Shown here in pieces: positions 12,301 through 24,864 of a DNA stretch of 64,000 bases (positions are counted from its first letter, which is position 1; each line of letters begins with the position of its first letter). The notes under the pieces were generated by a model that did no database searches, had not been told where the DNA came from, and saw only the letters and a list, made by a program, of their open reading frames with translations. The stretch covers positions 11,904,001 to 11,968,000 of the forward strand of contig CATNEN010000003.1 of the NCBI GenBank assembly GCA_950097015.1. Direction: 5' to 3'. The position numbers and the translations under genes are program-made. Origin of the DNA: Macrostomum hystrix (Eukaryota; Animalia; Platyhelminthes).

Positions 12301-14410
12301 CGTCACTCTCCCAAACGCAAGGTGTCACTCTTCCAAATCCAAGGCGTCACTCTCCCAAACGCAAGGTGCCACTCACCCAAATCCAAGGCGTCACTCTCCC
12401 AAACGCAAGGTGCCACTCACCCAAATCCAAGGTGTCACTCTCCCAAACGCAAGGTGTCACTCACCCAAATCCAAGGTGTCACTCTCCCAAATCCAAGGCG
12501 TCACTCTCCTAAACGCAAGGTGTCACTCACCCAAATCCAATGTGTCACTCTCCCAAATCCAAGGCGTCACTCTCCCAAACGCAAGGTGCCACTCACCCAA
12601 ATCCAAGGTGTCACTCTCCCAAACGCAAGGTGTCACTCACCCAAATCCAAGGTGTCACTCTCCCAAATCCAAGGTGTCACTCTCCTAAACGCAAGGTGTC
12701 ACTCACCCAAATCCAATGTGTCACTCTCCCAAATCCAAGGTGCCACTCTCCAGAATCCAAGGTGTCACTCTCCCAAACGCAAGGTGTCACTCAACTAAAT
12801 TGAATTGGCTTTAATACAGTTTATTTTGACTAATACGCTCTGTATCGTGTCGTCTCTTATGTCCTGATCAAAATTCATGAGCAAGCCCTTTATGAAAAAC
12901 TAATTTCAGATACTTCATCAGTAATCTACTTCAATTTCAATTTCATCAGTCTCTATGCAAAGCGGCTGGCTTTAATGACGAGTTACACAAATGCAGCATC
13001 TACAATAATACCAAGGCTGGAGATAAGCTAAGGTACGAACGTTTGAGAGGCCAAGCCATGTTAACTCTTTCCCTGAGCTCAATTCCGTGGTGGAGGCCAC
13101 ATTCATTTGGTGCGCAGCCGCAGAGAGAAGCCAAGGCTCAGTGAGAGTGTACACTGCCTGACGATGAGAATGTCAGCGCAGATGTACACACCTGTGTAGT
13201 GTGTGCCTGCGTACATTATCTGAATGTAAATGTCGTGTAAAATTAGCTAGACCTTTTTCAGTAGATAGACCACGCTATTTTTCCCACTGGGGGAAAGACC
13301 ACGTGGACATTTCAAATACCCCACGGCCTATTTCACAATAGCTCCCAAACCAAATGACCGATTAGCAAGTTCACCAAAAGTTTTTGGCTTAATTTTTACG
13401 AAGAACAAACTCTCTATGGCGAATCCATGGGGGTGACTGAGTCAGTGGCTAATGTCGCTGCCTCACTTTCCAATGGTCGCTGGTTCGTTCCTCCCTCCAA
13501 GTCACGTTTATTTCGGGCCTTAGTTGGAGGTTTGCGAAGTATAGCGACTTGCGGAGATGCACCTTATTCTGTGCAACCAAAGCTAATTTAAAATAGCTTA
13601 ACCCCTGCCTTCTGCATGCCTGCTTGTTTGTGTTTGTGTTTGTTTGTGCGTTGGGCCGGGTGTGAGGCGTTGTGTGGGGGTGAGGCGGGTGTGCACCAAC
13701 GTGTACTCTCGTCCCTATACCCTTTAGGCATTTAAGTCCTCCCCTGGTTTGGTCTCCTCTGTGCGTGTGCGGGCCAAGGGGTGAGAGGCACTCCGGCTGC
13801 CGCCCCCTTCCCCGCTTGGCTTGCTGCCGTGTGTGAGGTGCTTGTGTCAGGGGGTCCAGATGGCGCGATGGGCGACTCCCACCTGGTTCGCTGGCCTGGG
13901 GACATGCCGTTCCTGTGTTTGTGCGTCAAGTGCCCCAGGCCCCCCTGCAAATAAGTAAAATGGCGAATCCATATCGGTTCAATAATACTTTTTTACAATA
14001 ATCAACAACAATAGCCGACATACTGTTTGATACATTATGAAACTCTGTGAGCAAAAATGTTTGCCTATATTTGTGGTTTTTACCACCAGACACGCAGACG
14101 TGAATCGTTGAATATCTTGACGATGCCGATGTTTTGTGATTCTGGAAGTTTTTTGATCAGGTAGAGCGGAAATATCAGTTCATGTGCTCAATAAACAGCC
14201 TTTCCCTATTGCAGAGCCATGCTTTCAAAGGGCTCGTCTGTGCATTGGCAAGATGCTCTGTTCGAAATCAGTGGAACTCGAAAGATCAGCGCCCAGCCAT
14301 TGCTGGATTATTTCAAGCCATTGCGAGCTGCTATTCGTAGGCAGAACGCTAAAAACAATGTCAAAGTTGGCTGGGAGGATCATTGTCCACCTGACGACTG
14401 GCTTAATTAA
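9313..14410 (+). CDS. ACE: Angiotensin-converting enzyme-like peptidase M2 (ACE-B), secreted single-domain, 624 aa
   Basis: Exons 9313-9687, 9803-9893, 9968-10416, 11527-12167, 12910-13032, 14215-14410 (1875 nt). Exons 2, 4 and 5 are the same sizes as in ACE-A (91, 641, 123). Signal peptide; [22 protein letters not shown]. Ends [14 protein letters not shown] with no transmembrane anchor. Confidence 0.95.
10422..11450. repeat. Minisatellite, 20-bp units GTGTCTGGTTTATCAGTTGA / GTGTCTGGTTTATCTGGCGA, fills ACE-B intron 3
   Basis: About 50 units with two alternating variants; starts a few nt after the donor at 10417. Confidence 0.97.
12255..12793. repeat. Minisatellite, 22-bp unit GGTGTCACTCTCCCAAATCCAA, in ACE-B intron 4
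   Basis: Tandem units with alternating ATCCAA/ACGCAA variants. Confidence 0.95.
13070..13222 (+). mobile_element. SINE family 1 fragment
   Basis: Matches the family-1 body (GAGGCCACATT...CAGATGTACACACCTGTG) with an internal deletion. Confidence 0.8.
13259..14190 (-). mobile_element. Degenerate relative of the TTAA-type MITE (see 22350), interrupted by a SINE
   Basis: Starts CAGTAGATAGACCACG (TIR-like); 14040-14190 is the reverse complement of about 22440-22590. Confidence 0.6.
13429..13959 (+). mobile_element. tRNA-derived SINE family 3, full length, 13-bp TSD
   Basis: Perfect TSD ATGGCGAATCCAT at 13416-13428 and 13960-13972. The head has A-box-like TGAGTCAGTGG and B-box-like GGTTCGTTCC; GC-rich body; A-rich tail. 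Confidence 0.85.
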
Positions 14411-14986
14411 CAGTTTGATATCGCTAGAGTGCAGTTCTATAGCCTCACCTGCTTCTCTCAATGCCGCTGCATGATCAGCTGCTAATTATCTTTGTTAGTT
14501 TTGAATCGGTTTTTATTATTGGATGGATTGATTTATTGTTCATGACAGCTGCTGCAATTTAAATGGCACAAGCTTGAAGACTTTTTTGAATTATATTAAC
14601 CGGATGTTGCGTAAATATATATTGGTCTTGCGGTGTTAATTAATGTTTGTTAAACTTTTACAAAAATTAACGAATTTTAACTTTCACATTGTATTGTGTG
14701 GTTAAATAATTAATTAAGGCCGTCGGGCGATTCGATTTCGATGACTCGGCCTCACAATGACAGGCCATGCCATACAATCACACACAGGGGCGTACATCTG
14801 CCCTGAATTTCTCATCGCACACTCACTGTGCACCTTTGGGCTTGGTCCAATATGTATAAAATTGCACTATAATTGGAAAAGTATTAACTAGTTAACTCAA
14901 TTGCAGCTCATTTTTTAATTTCAGGGTTCTGTATAGGAAGTGTATTCAGAGTAGCTGTATGCCCAAACGAAAACTCCTCAAATAAT

Positions 14987-15374
14987 AATAATAATTGACA
15001 CAGACCCAAGGGCCAGTGCAGGTGTTGTGTCAGGCACGCTAGCAGGTGGGGACTGCACACCTATTGTACTCCGGCTCTCTCGGACACCGGTTGACAGCCG
15101 CGTGTCAGCCATGGAATTTATTTTTCCAAACATATCGGCAGCATCCAAACCCCACAGAATTGCCGCACGGAACTGCTTTATTCCACGCCAGCCTGAATTA
15201 TTATTACCCGACGAAATGTCGGTACTCATTTGCAGCTGAGTAGACTGTATGCACATCAGGGCAAAGCAGCTTGCCAAAGGCTGCACGAATAGTTCAAGAC
15301 TAGGTCGGGAACGAAACCAAGGACCATCTGATCCAGAGTCCGACACCTTACTGACTGATCGGCTATATCCGCCC
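14987..15374 (-). mobile_element. CORE-SINE (MIR-type core) with tRNA-like head and (ATT)n tail
   Basis: Minus-strand GTGCAGCCTTTGGCAAGCTGCTTTGCCCTGATGTGCATACAGTCTACTCAGCTGCAAATGAG (about 15286-15225) aligns with the CORE consensus as I recall it. TSD TCAAATAAT at 14978-14986 and 15375-15383. Confidence 0.75.
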
Positions 15375-17349
15375 TCAAATAATGGGATTTAGCAATTGTA
15401 TTTAGGCGATTGTATAGTTCATCCAGTTTGTTTTTAAGTAAATTAATACAAAATTCGACCCGTAGAAATGCTAAACCATGGTCTTGATTATTGATTTTTA
15501 TTTTAATTATGGATGTTGTTGAGTCATGTCTTCGAGCTCGTGGAAGGAATGTCAAAACTTTGTTTCGTTAAAAGAGTAAAACAAAACCTTAGTAGAAAAG
15601 CGACAGAAAATTAATAAGAATCATAGAAGCCGCACTCATTGTAGAAATAATACTAGAAAAATGTGAAAAGAATTTTCTTTAACGAACTAAACCAGGCGCC
15701 GTTTATTTGACTTTCAGTGAAGTGGCTTGAATATAAAATGGTAAAGTATTGGTCTAGTACAGCAAATTAACTTCCCGGACGATAATGCACATGTATCTGT
15801 AGTCTTTTGACTTAGCAATATGATTGCGCTTTTAGACTTTCGTAATATAATATCATAAATTATATCTATGACGTATTTCGTTCCAAGTAAAGTGATGAAA
15901 TAAGTATATATGTCTTATCTGTCGAGTTCTAGCTCAGTTTTAGCCAAATCTAAAGCCTAAAACCGGGCCTGTTGTCTTGGACTTGGTATATCAATGTTTT
16001 AGCTCAAAAGTTATTTTTAGAGCTGCGATTGTATCTTTTGTCAATGTGTGCTATATTGTTGGCATTTAAATTCTAACTTCTGTCTCTAAATGGTTTGGTT
16101 GATGCCTTGCTACACACTAGTACAGTGTAGTACACTAGTACCCAACTGGCTAAAGAAGCAAGCCATGGTATGGGCATGCATATGGTAGTATATTTTAACT
16201 TTTGCTATTATTGTCATTAAATTTTGTGCTTATGATCTTATCTAAGATTAGCTAAGTGTTAATACAACTAAATAACAGTTTTCAGTATTTTTGTCCTCTG
16301 CTTTCTTGTCTGCTTTTAACTTATCTTTAAAACAAAAACTCTGTACAAACTCATCTACTATTAGGAAAATTAAAACAGAGTTTTCTGCTATGGCTTTTTA
16401 CTTTTACTATGCACATGCAATAGGGCCTAGCTACAGAAGTTCATATTGATCAGGTATTCAAGTGCTAATATGTTAATATGTTATGTTAATATGTTATGTT
16501 AATATGTATTGTACTCTGTAGCAAACTCCTTACTCACCCCTCATATTCATGATTTATCATTTAGCAAGTGTTCTCTTTTGTGTATAGCAGGGTATCACTA
16601 GACATAGAACAAAATGTTTGTACAAATTTATTTAAATAAGCCAAACAACTAAAAATCAGCTGATATTCCATCCCCACACTGGTACCTGTCCCTAGTTAGG
16701 AAGATGGCACAATTTGTGCCAGAATAATTGTTTGGACAAGATCTATGTGCCATCTGTGCACCATCTAGATGCCCCCTAATCCTAGCATAAAACCCTAATC
16801 CTACACAAAGGATCACATAATATGAGTAATAGTTAAAATGCTAGATTAACAAAAATTTTAGCTATTAATTAAACTAAGTGGCCTATCATGACCAGTCTTT
16901 TTGTCAACAAAAAGTCTATAAAAATAATTTTATAAAATATTGTTTCACAAAAGACTTTCAGCAAAAAGACTTGACAAAAAGACCAGTAATCTTACATGAT
17001 TCATGGATTTCCAAAAAATTTACATAATTCTTAGAATAGGCCCCTAGTACAGAGTACAGACTCTGTCCATGTACTTTCACACAATAAAACTGTTGTATTA
17101 AATATTTAAACAGTGCAGGAACACAAAAGTGTGCCATGATTGTGCACTAACAAGCTTAGAAGCTGCATTTACCATGTATCCACAGAATCTAAACTGGTAA
17201 ACTAATAGAGGACACAGTGTGCATGTGCCTAGACAGTGCTGATGTGCACCAATGTTTGCTAGTAGAATGCTAGTGTGCACTGATGTATGCCAATGTGTGC
17301 CAAAAATTGCCAGTTGTGCACCAGAAGTAAAAACTTATGCATTTTAGCA

Positions 17350-17630
17350 CATACATGCGCAACCTCCCAAATCTTAGCCGGCCGTGCGACTTAGTTTTTG
17401 CTCTCATTTGCGACTTAGTTCATTTCATTGCTCTATTTACGGCTTACTTTGCTCTCATTTGCTCTCTTTTTCTCTCCCCTTTTTCCTTTTCTTCACGCCT
17501 TCCTTTTTTGTCCCTTGGTCCCCCCTTTGATTTTTTTGCGCTTGGTCAATTGGTTTTTGCGACTTACCTTGCTTGGCCCTCGTTTCACCCGGCCGGTTCG
17601 GCCGGGTCGGCCAGGTGTTGCGCATGTATG
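17350..17630. mobile_element. hAT-type MITE, 14-bp TIR, 8-bp TSD
   Basis: TIR CATACATGCGCAAC / GTTGCGCATGTATG; TSD TTTTAGCA at 17342-17349 and 17631-17638. Confidence 0.88.
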
Positions 17631-19454
17631 TTTTAGCATAAGTGACAAAAGAATACTCTTTTTGTTTAAAATCACTTCCTTTGCATAAAATAAGGTTTTT
17701 TAAATGCTACCATAATTAATTTATTATTATCAGATCTAGCTAGCACACTAGTACTAACTGATTTAGTCATTTTCTTGTCATTTTTCTCCTCTCTAGCAAC
17801 TTGCCTGACAGTTTGTCTACAAAGGGGTACATTTTTGTCTCTTTATAGAAAGTTGTAATGGTACCAGCTCGTTGTCAATTTCATGTGTTGTGCAGTGTTG
17901 GAAGCGCACAGAGTATACTTCTCCAACTATTTAGATGATGTTGCATTCAACATAGCTTATAAGGTTATCAAAAGGCCTAATCTCCGTTTTTAATCTGGAA
18001 AAATTACTGTGATAGCAAAAAATCTGGCTTCAACTCGACCGGGCTTAATTACTATCAACATGTTTACTCGTTCCTAAAATGTATATTTAACTCAACAGTT
18101 TTACTATTTTTTGTCTAATCTTACTTTCTAGAATTGACCGGGTTGAACTTGTTAAGAACTACTTAAGTTTCTTCTGCTTTTTCTCTTCTTCTAGAATCTA
18201 TTTTCGGAGCCTCTTGTGACCTGATTTGCGTCTTCAACTGTCAAAGATTGCACAGCCGCCCTTGGGTCGACAGACAGCCAGATTGGCTCTTGGTTTGTTT
18301 TCTTTGGATGAACATTGGCACAGTGTCACATTCTGCATGGATAAGGTTAGATTGTGCTCGAGTGCAGCTAGATAAGCCAGCCCATCTAGTCTATCCACAC
18401 TGAAAAATCCACAAAAATGATCTGGACGGAAAGAATTGTACAGTAAAGCTAAATCAACATTGGCTTTCGAGCTTTTGAGGATAGAGAATGGAGTACTCGT
18501 ATTTTTTGCTCGGTCGCCTCTGCAGGGTGTTTGGCTGGATGGTAGGCGAAGTTTTTTGTTCGGAGATTGTGTGCATTCATTTGGCTAACAAAAACGAGTG
18601 CTGCGGTTTTTGTTTAGTCGTTTCGGACAGTAGAGGCGAACCGAACCAAAAGCAAACGAAAATTGTGCTTCGCTTCTTTCACCTTTTCATTACACTGCAA
18701 TGCAATCTAGTTTTTTGGTACAGTTTAGTTTTATATATAACTGTGTTAACAAACAAATGCTGTACAATTCAAAGCTAAGCGATATATTTAAATAAATGCC
18801 AATCTATTTTTAGCTTCTCATTGACGAAAACTCGCCCTTATTTATAGGGCCGACGCTTGTAGTAAGAAAACGTGAACGTACATACAGAGTAGCTGCTGCT
18901 ATAAACCCATATACAACACCTCCCAGGATGTACATAGATTGGCAAATTTAAACACAGACGGGCACGATAACACACTAAGAAGGTTTTGGATGATTAAATT
19001 GTAGAGTGAGAGAAAGATTAGAAAGAAATCTTTCGCAGTTAATACGACTAGAAAATTTTTGGATACGCAGAACCTTGCTCGCCTTTGACTGCTTGCTTCT
19101 GTGTTACCAGCAGCATTCGCGCGCGCACTCACCCAACCTCCAGTGCTTCTCAGTCTTACCTGTCTTATCGCTAGCTTCTATTAGACTGCCTACTAAAACG
19201 GAGCTAAAATAACTGCACGGCTATATATAAATGCGCACAAATATTTATATATTTATCTATCACTATAGCCGCTTCTATCTAAAGCTCCTACCAATCTTAA
19301 TAGCTGTTGGCGTTTTTTCTTTGCGGCAGCGATTTTCTCTTTATTGTGTCTAAAGATTTAGTATCTGCGCGTGTATATCTGAGCTTGGAGATTTTACGCG
19401 TTACAATAATCAATTATAATTCAGCACGTTTTCAAGGTATTTAACCGAATATAA

Positions 19455-19831
19455 TTTATAATAATAATAATAACAACTATTGCAGGAGGGCTGCGTGCAA
19501 TGGTACATCATTTGGTGACACTAGACCCGCAGCCAGCGAGGAGGCAATTATGCCTATTTCGCTGACTCCTGAGCACACACGCACACAGATACCGTACGCA
19601 GGCACACGCTCACACAGGTGTGTACATCTGCCCTGACTTTCTCATCGTCAGGCAGTGTACACTCTCACTGTGCCTTGGAAGTTGGCCCTCAATGGCGTAA
19701 ATTTCACGACAAGCCCCCAAGCTTGTCTCCGCGGCTGCGCACCAATTAAATGTGGCCTCGCCACGGAATCGAACTCAGGGACCTTGGCGCGAGAGGCAAA
19801 TGCGTTAGACCGTTCTGCCACGGACCCTCCC
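19455..19831 (-). mobile_element. tRNA-derived SINE family 1, full-length copy
   Basis: Minus-strand head GGGAGGGTCCGTGGCAGAACGG (A box) ... GAGTTCGATTC (B box), conserved body, (TTA)n tail. Confidence 0.9.
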
Positions 19832-20888
19832 TGTCCGAATCTACTTAGATTTTTTAGATTTTTGAATTGCATAAACCTTTTAACCAGTTGTATAAGCAAA
19901 GCCATCAAGTTAGATTTCGTTAATATTTATTCACAGTTTTTTTTCCTCCAGTCTTCTGTTGAGATGCGGTAAAAGAATTTCAACTTGACCTAGTAGTGGT
20001 AAGTTTGTACTATTACAAGTATGCTTATACTATTTTTATATACAAAAAATAGGCATTAGATCTATGTTTAAGATCTGATTGTTTATAGTTTTTCTCATGG
20101 CCAAAATCGTGATCATAAAATTTTCCGCCTCGATGAGTAGTTATGATTTACTTTTCATTTTTTATCTGTCTGTCTGTCTGCCAGATTTTTGTCTTTCTGC
20201 TGTTAGGCGAAAGCATTGACAAATACATTTTACGAGTACTTTCGCGCATATTTTTCGTAAGTTAGGAATTTCCGGGTTTCTTTTCTTGAGCGTTGACTTC
20301 CAACGAAAACACCGGCATTCACTATAAATGAATTCAAATTTTTAATTTTCTTCTAGTAAAGTATTAGGAGACGTTAATGGTGTATTATCTTTTCTCTCTT
20401 CTGTCCCTTTTGAAATGTGTTCCTAATAGCAACTATCTTTGAAGTGCATTTTTTAACTGAATGGTAAAAATTATTATAGCCTATAAATAGTCTTTATCGC
20501 TGCGTGAATTTCATGGAAAAAGTGAATGAAACTAACTGTTAGACACAGTTAGACTCGAGCTCTATACTCCTGCAGTTCTAAATTCTTTCTTATCTAGAGT
20601 GGTTTAGAGTCTTGCATCGAAACGTTGAAATGCCTGTCTGTTTTGACTGTAGCGAAAATTCATAAAAAACTTAACCGTTATGATAATAACTTTATTGATT
20701 AAGCCTGTATCAGAGGTCGCGAACTTCCAGCTCATTTTGCATGCATATTTTATTGCGTAGTTGGTTCAGTTAAACTGTAGAATTCGGAACAACTCAATTT
20801 AACTTCTAATTCTCTATAGATTATAGATTTGGACAGGTTATACTTATTAGCTAAAAAGCAAAGTTGCTCAGAATTTATTTGCTGACAC

Positions 20889-21185
20889 CAGACCCGCAGC
20901 CAGCGAGGAGGCAATTCTGCCCATTTCGCTGACTCCTGAGCACACACGCACACAGATACCGTACAAAGGCATACGCTCACACAGGTGTGTACATCTGCCC
21001 TGACTTTCTCATCGTCAGGCAGTGTACACTCTCACTGTGCCTTGGAGGTTGGCCCTAAAGGGCGTAAATTGCACGACAAGCCCCCAAGCCTTCTCTCCGC
21101 GCCCCAAATGAATGTGGCCTCGCCGCTGAAACCGAGCTCTGGGACCTTGGTGCGAGAGGCAAACGCGTTAGACCGCTTAGCCACT
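20889..21185 (-). mobile_element. SINE family 1 copy (tail truncated)
   Basis: High similarity to 19545-19825. Confidence 0.88.
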
Positions 21186-22232
21186 CACTTTCTTAAGTTG
21201 CTCAGAATGTAAGTACTCAATTTTAGAGGCAGCATCATTTTAAAGTTCTGTTAGTCGACTTACTAATTATATAGTTTAAATGATGCATTGAATCAATCAA
21301 TTGCCAAAACGTTGTCAAAGATGTTGGAAGACATTGTAATGGATTAGTCTGGTAAGAAGCTTTCTTCCTTTAACTATCCATCACGCTGCTATTATTTTTA
21401 GTAATGCATTTCTAACCCTATGGCTCACCATCTTTACTTTCTGTTTACCCGAGTGACACATAAGTAGAGAAAGAGAAGATCGAGATATACAATGGACTGG
21501 CTAAATGAGTGAATAGTTTAAGTTAAAGGCATGATGACTTCAATTTTTAAGCTCCAAATGCACTGTGCATTATGTGTGGTGTGTGTTATTATGACCCTTC
21601 GCTTTTGTATAGGCTGTGTATAGATATTCCATATGTATAAGGCTATTGTTGTGTGTTTGCGCCTGACGTATATTTGGTCTATTTTTAGTTGCAGACTTTT
21701 AACGCAAGCTGAAGATTTTGTATGAAGGCTTTAGTGAACCCAGGGTAAACTGACAAATCTGAATCTGAGAATGTGTGGCATTGCTATTCTCGCGCATTGG
21801 GTAGCCCATGGATATAATTGATCTGTACTATCTGTACTATCTGTAGTCAGCTTGCGGATTTAGCGGGTTTTCTGCATAAGCCTAGCGAGATAGCTACTAA
21901 AGGCTTTGGTTGCATTATCAACCAATTGATGTCATTCTAAAGTACTTTCTCGTCAAGCTAAGTACGAGTATAAATTCATATATTCATGTTAGCGAAAAAA
22001 AGAACATATTTTAACTCGTTATAATGGTCCAACTGATGTTACTCCTTTTAGAACTCTACAATTAAAGTGGGATATTTTCCCTCTATGTTTGTCTCTTTCT
22101 CTCCTTATGCACTATCAAACCTTCGTAGTTTATACTGACTGGACTAAACGTGATTGGACTGAAAATTACTGCACGTAGATTGCTTAGTTAAAAAATAGAT
22201 TTCAACCACTAACTTGGCAAAATTTTGTTGAC

Positions 22233-22280
22233 TGCCCTGACGATGACCTTATTTGTACTATAGGTCGAAATGCATTGGCA
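22233..22280 (+). ncRNA. Minimal type I hammerhead ribozyme motif (Penelope-like element type)
   Basis: TGCC-CTGACGA-T-GACCT-(12 nt)-AGGTC-GAAA-TGCA-T-T-GGCA. Stem I TGCC/GGCA, CUGANGA box, 5-bp stem II, GAAA box, palindromic stem III ATGCAT, NUH site AUU. Confidence 0.8.
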
Positions 22281-22349
22281 ATACAATTAAATGAAGTTGA
22301 TGTTTATTCGTAGCTTCATCTTACTTCGTAGTTTGCCTTTGCCTGTTAA

Positions 22350-22626
22350 CAGTAGAGGGACCACAGTGGGGGTATTTTAAACACCCACATTTTCTTTTTT
22401 TTCTTTATCCCCCAAACGATTCAACTAATCGCGATGAAAATGCAGAACACGGGCTGAAAATTTTCCGCTTTATCCGATGAAACAACTTCCAGAATCACAA
22501 AACATCGGCATTGTCAAGATATTCAACGGATTCTTGTCGGAGTGTCTGGTGGCAAAAAGCACCGATATAGGCATACTTCTTCTGCTCACAAACTTTATCA
22601 CGTAATCATGCGTGGTCTCTCTACTG
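22350..22626. mobile_element. Non-autonomous DNA transposon with TTAA target site (piggyBac- or Kolobok-type MITE)
   Basis: TTAA-CAGTAGAGGGACCAC ... GTGGTCTCTCTACTG-TTAA: 15-bp TIR with 1 mismatch. Related sequence at 13259-14190 and 59228-59400. Confidence 0.8.
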
Positions 22627-23740
22627 TTAAAGTACTTTAAGAGAAGTCTTTGCCCGACTGATAAAGGATGGATGAAGGGTCGATTGATCTAGACTATATT
22701 TAGGAAAAGAGGAAATAAATCAACTAGGCGAGTGCCAACTTCGTTTCTCTTCCTTCTGTGCCTTTCTGTGTGTATCTTAGGCTGTTTAGCTTAATGGCCA
22801 ATGGCGAGTCAGTCTTTGGCTATTTAGCTTTCACTCGCCCAGCGATATCTGATTGGCTACTAGTAGTTGTGGCTTCGTATTTTTCTTGTCCTCCCTAGTT
22901 GTTAATACACTTCCCCTATCCCTCTACCCAATGCTTTGCACTCCGTTCCGATCCTCAGTATAATTTAACGTGCCCATTTTTTCCCGTCGATCCCGAATTC
23001 ATCCTCTCCTTGGTTGTTGTACACTGATTCTTGTACGCGCGGATCTGGTATAGTACCATTCGAATACAAATTTTTAAAGCATAAATTTTCTATGTTTAAA
23101 ATGCGAAAAACAGAATTAATATTGTCATGAGTAAGTATTTGAGTTAAGTGTGTTCGTGTGTTGTTGTTGTGCAAGTTGTTTTAGTCAGTAAGTTATTGGC
23201 GGAGGAAGCAAGTGTTGGTCTGTTTCTTTTCTTTGAAGGATTTTTTCCTTTCCTCGCCTTTACATTTTTGCTTCCCTTTTTTCTGTAGCCAAATGCTCGT
23301 AGTTGTGGATGTTCTGCCTCTAAGAAGGGTATGCGGTGCAAAACGGTGGGGAGTCAGTATGCTTTACTACTGCATGTTGAACAATCTGTTATAAAGGGGT
23401 CTGTAAGATTTTTGTTGCTATGCAAGGGTTGATAAGTTCCACTGTTCCTTGCTTCTTATATCACCCTTAGCGGCGGTATTGTGTGGCATTTTCAATTTTT
23501 CACGGCATCCCTACCCGATATTAGCTTGAAAAGCATAGCATTTATTTTAACTTTAGTTAGTAAATACAATTTTTGTTCTAATGTCGCTTATACTATGTAA
23601 CTTATGTAACCTATGTAGCTCGTATTGCATAATTTGTTTACTAATAATAAATTAAATTTCCACAATGTTCCTTAGGATTGTAGCTTATCAAACTCACTCA
23701 TTTGCTAGCCAATGCAATAAAGTAGAAATCAAAATTCTTC

Positions 23741-24310
23741 GAAATCCAAGTTCGTCGAAATCCCAGTTTATCGAAATCCCAGTTTATCGAAATCCCAGTT
23801 TATCGAAATCCCAGTTTATTGAAATCCCAGTTTATCGAAATCCCAGTTTATTGAAATCCCAGTTTATCGAAATCCCAGTTTATTGAAATCTCAGTTTATC
23901 GAAATCCCAGTTTATCGAAATCCAAGTTGGTCGAAATCCAAGTTGGTCGAAATCCAAGTTTATTGAAATCCAAGTTGGTCGAAATCCCACTTTATCGAAA
24001 TCCCAGTTTATCGAAATCTCAGTTTATCGAAATAAAAGTTTATCGAAATCCAAGTTGGTCGAAATCCCAGTTTATCGAAATCCCAGTTTATCGAAATCCA
24101 AATTGGTCGAAATATCAGTTTATCGAAATCCCAATTGGTCGAAATTCCACCAGTTAATCAAAATCCCAGTTTTTTGAAAACCTCTTGACAAAATCCCAGT
24201 TACTCGAAATCCCATTTCGTCACAGTTGGTTCAAATTTCGATTTGTCGAATTCCCAGCTGGTCTAAATCCCTATTAATCGAAATTCCTCTTAGTCTAAAT
24301 CCTAGTTAAT
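23741..24310. repeat. Minisatellite, 16-bp unit GAAATCCCAGTTTATC, upstream of the PMCA-1 start (probably a 5'UTR intron)
   Basis: Tandem units, degenerate at the right end. Confidence 0.93.
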
Positions 24311-24864
24311 AAAAATCTTAACTTGTAGAAATTTCATCCAGCTTCGAAGTCACGATTGATTGACTAGACAAGACTTGATTTACACGCAGGGCATAGCTAG
24401 TTATGCAGCATAGCCACTGGAAACAATAATGTTTTTGGCTTAGAAAATTGCCTTTAACTTTCACAACTGTCGAATTAAAAAATTTTGAATTTTAATCATA
24501 AGTACAGCTTTGATAAATATTTCAGTAAAAACTGTATGAATTCTCGCTTAAATGCCAAAGTTTATGTGTACCTATATACAGAAATAAAAGGTTAATGTAA
24601 ATTTAGCTTCTTCCTGTGTATTAATTAGTATTAGGCTAAGTTAAATTTAGAAAATTATTAAAGTTCTACGTAAGTGAATTAAGAAATTTCAAGCGTATGT
24701 CTTAACAGTGCAGTGAATATTTAGTTTTCTATAAATAACAATTTCGGTTTTAGAGGCAGTAGATATATTTAATCACACAATTATCAAATGCGTTGCAGGG
24801 TCTCTGCACTGAAAATCAACGACTAAAACAATAAGATTGTCAAATAATTCGAAAGAGCTAAGCC

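Noticed and set aside
19221-19232. TATATATAAA as the PMCA-1 promoter; CCAAT/ATTGG motifs at about 22800-22856
   Set aside because: Such motifs are common in AT-rich DNA, and there is no transcript evidence to place the start site or 5'UTR exons.
19620-19662. CTGACGA-TGA-GAAA on the SINE sense strand as a possible hammerhead
   Set aside because: There is no room for stem II and no U-H cleavage site before the stem I partner; it folds better as a plain hairpin.
19760-19831. tRNA-like sequences here and at 13429 and 15374
   Set aside because: A and B boxes are present but there is no complete cloverleaf, and each is fused to a repeat body and tail, so they are SINE heads rather than tRNA genes.
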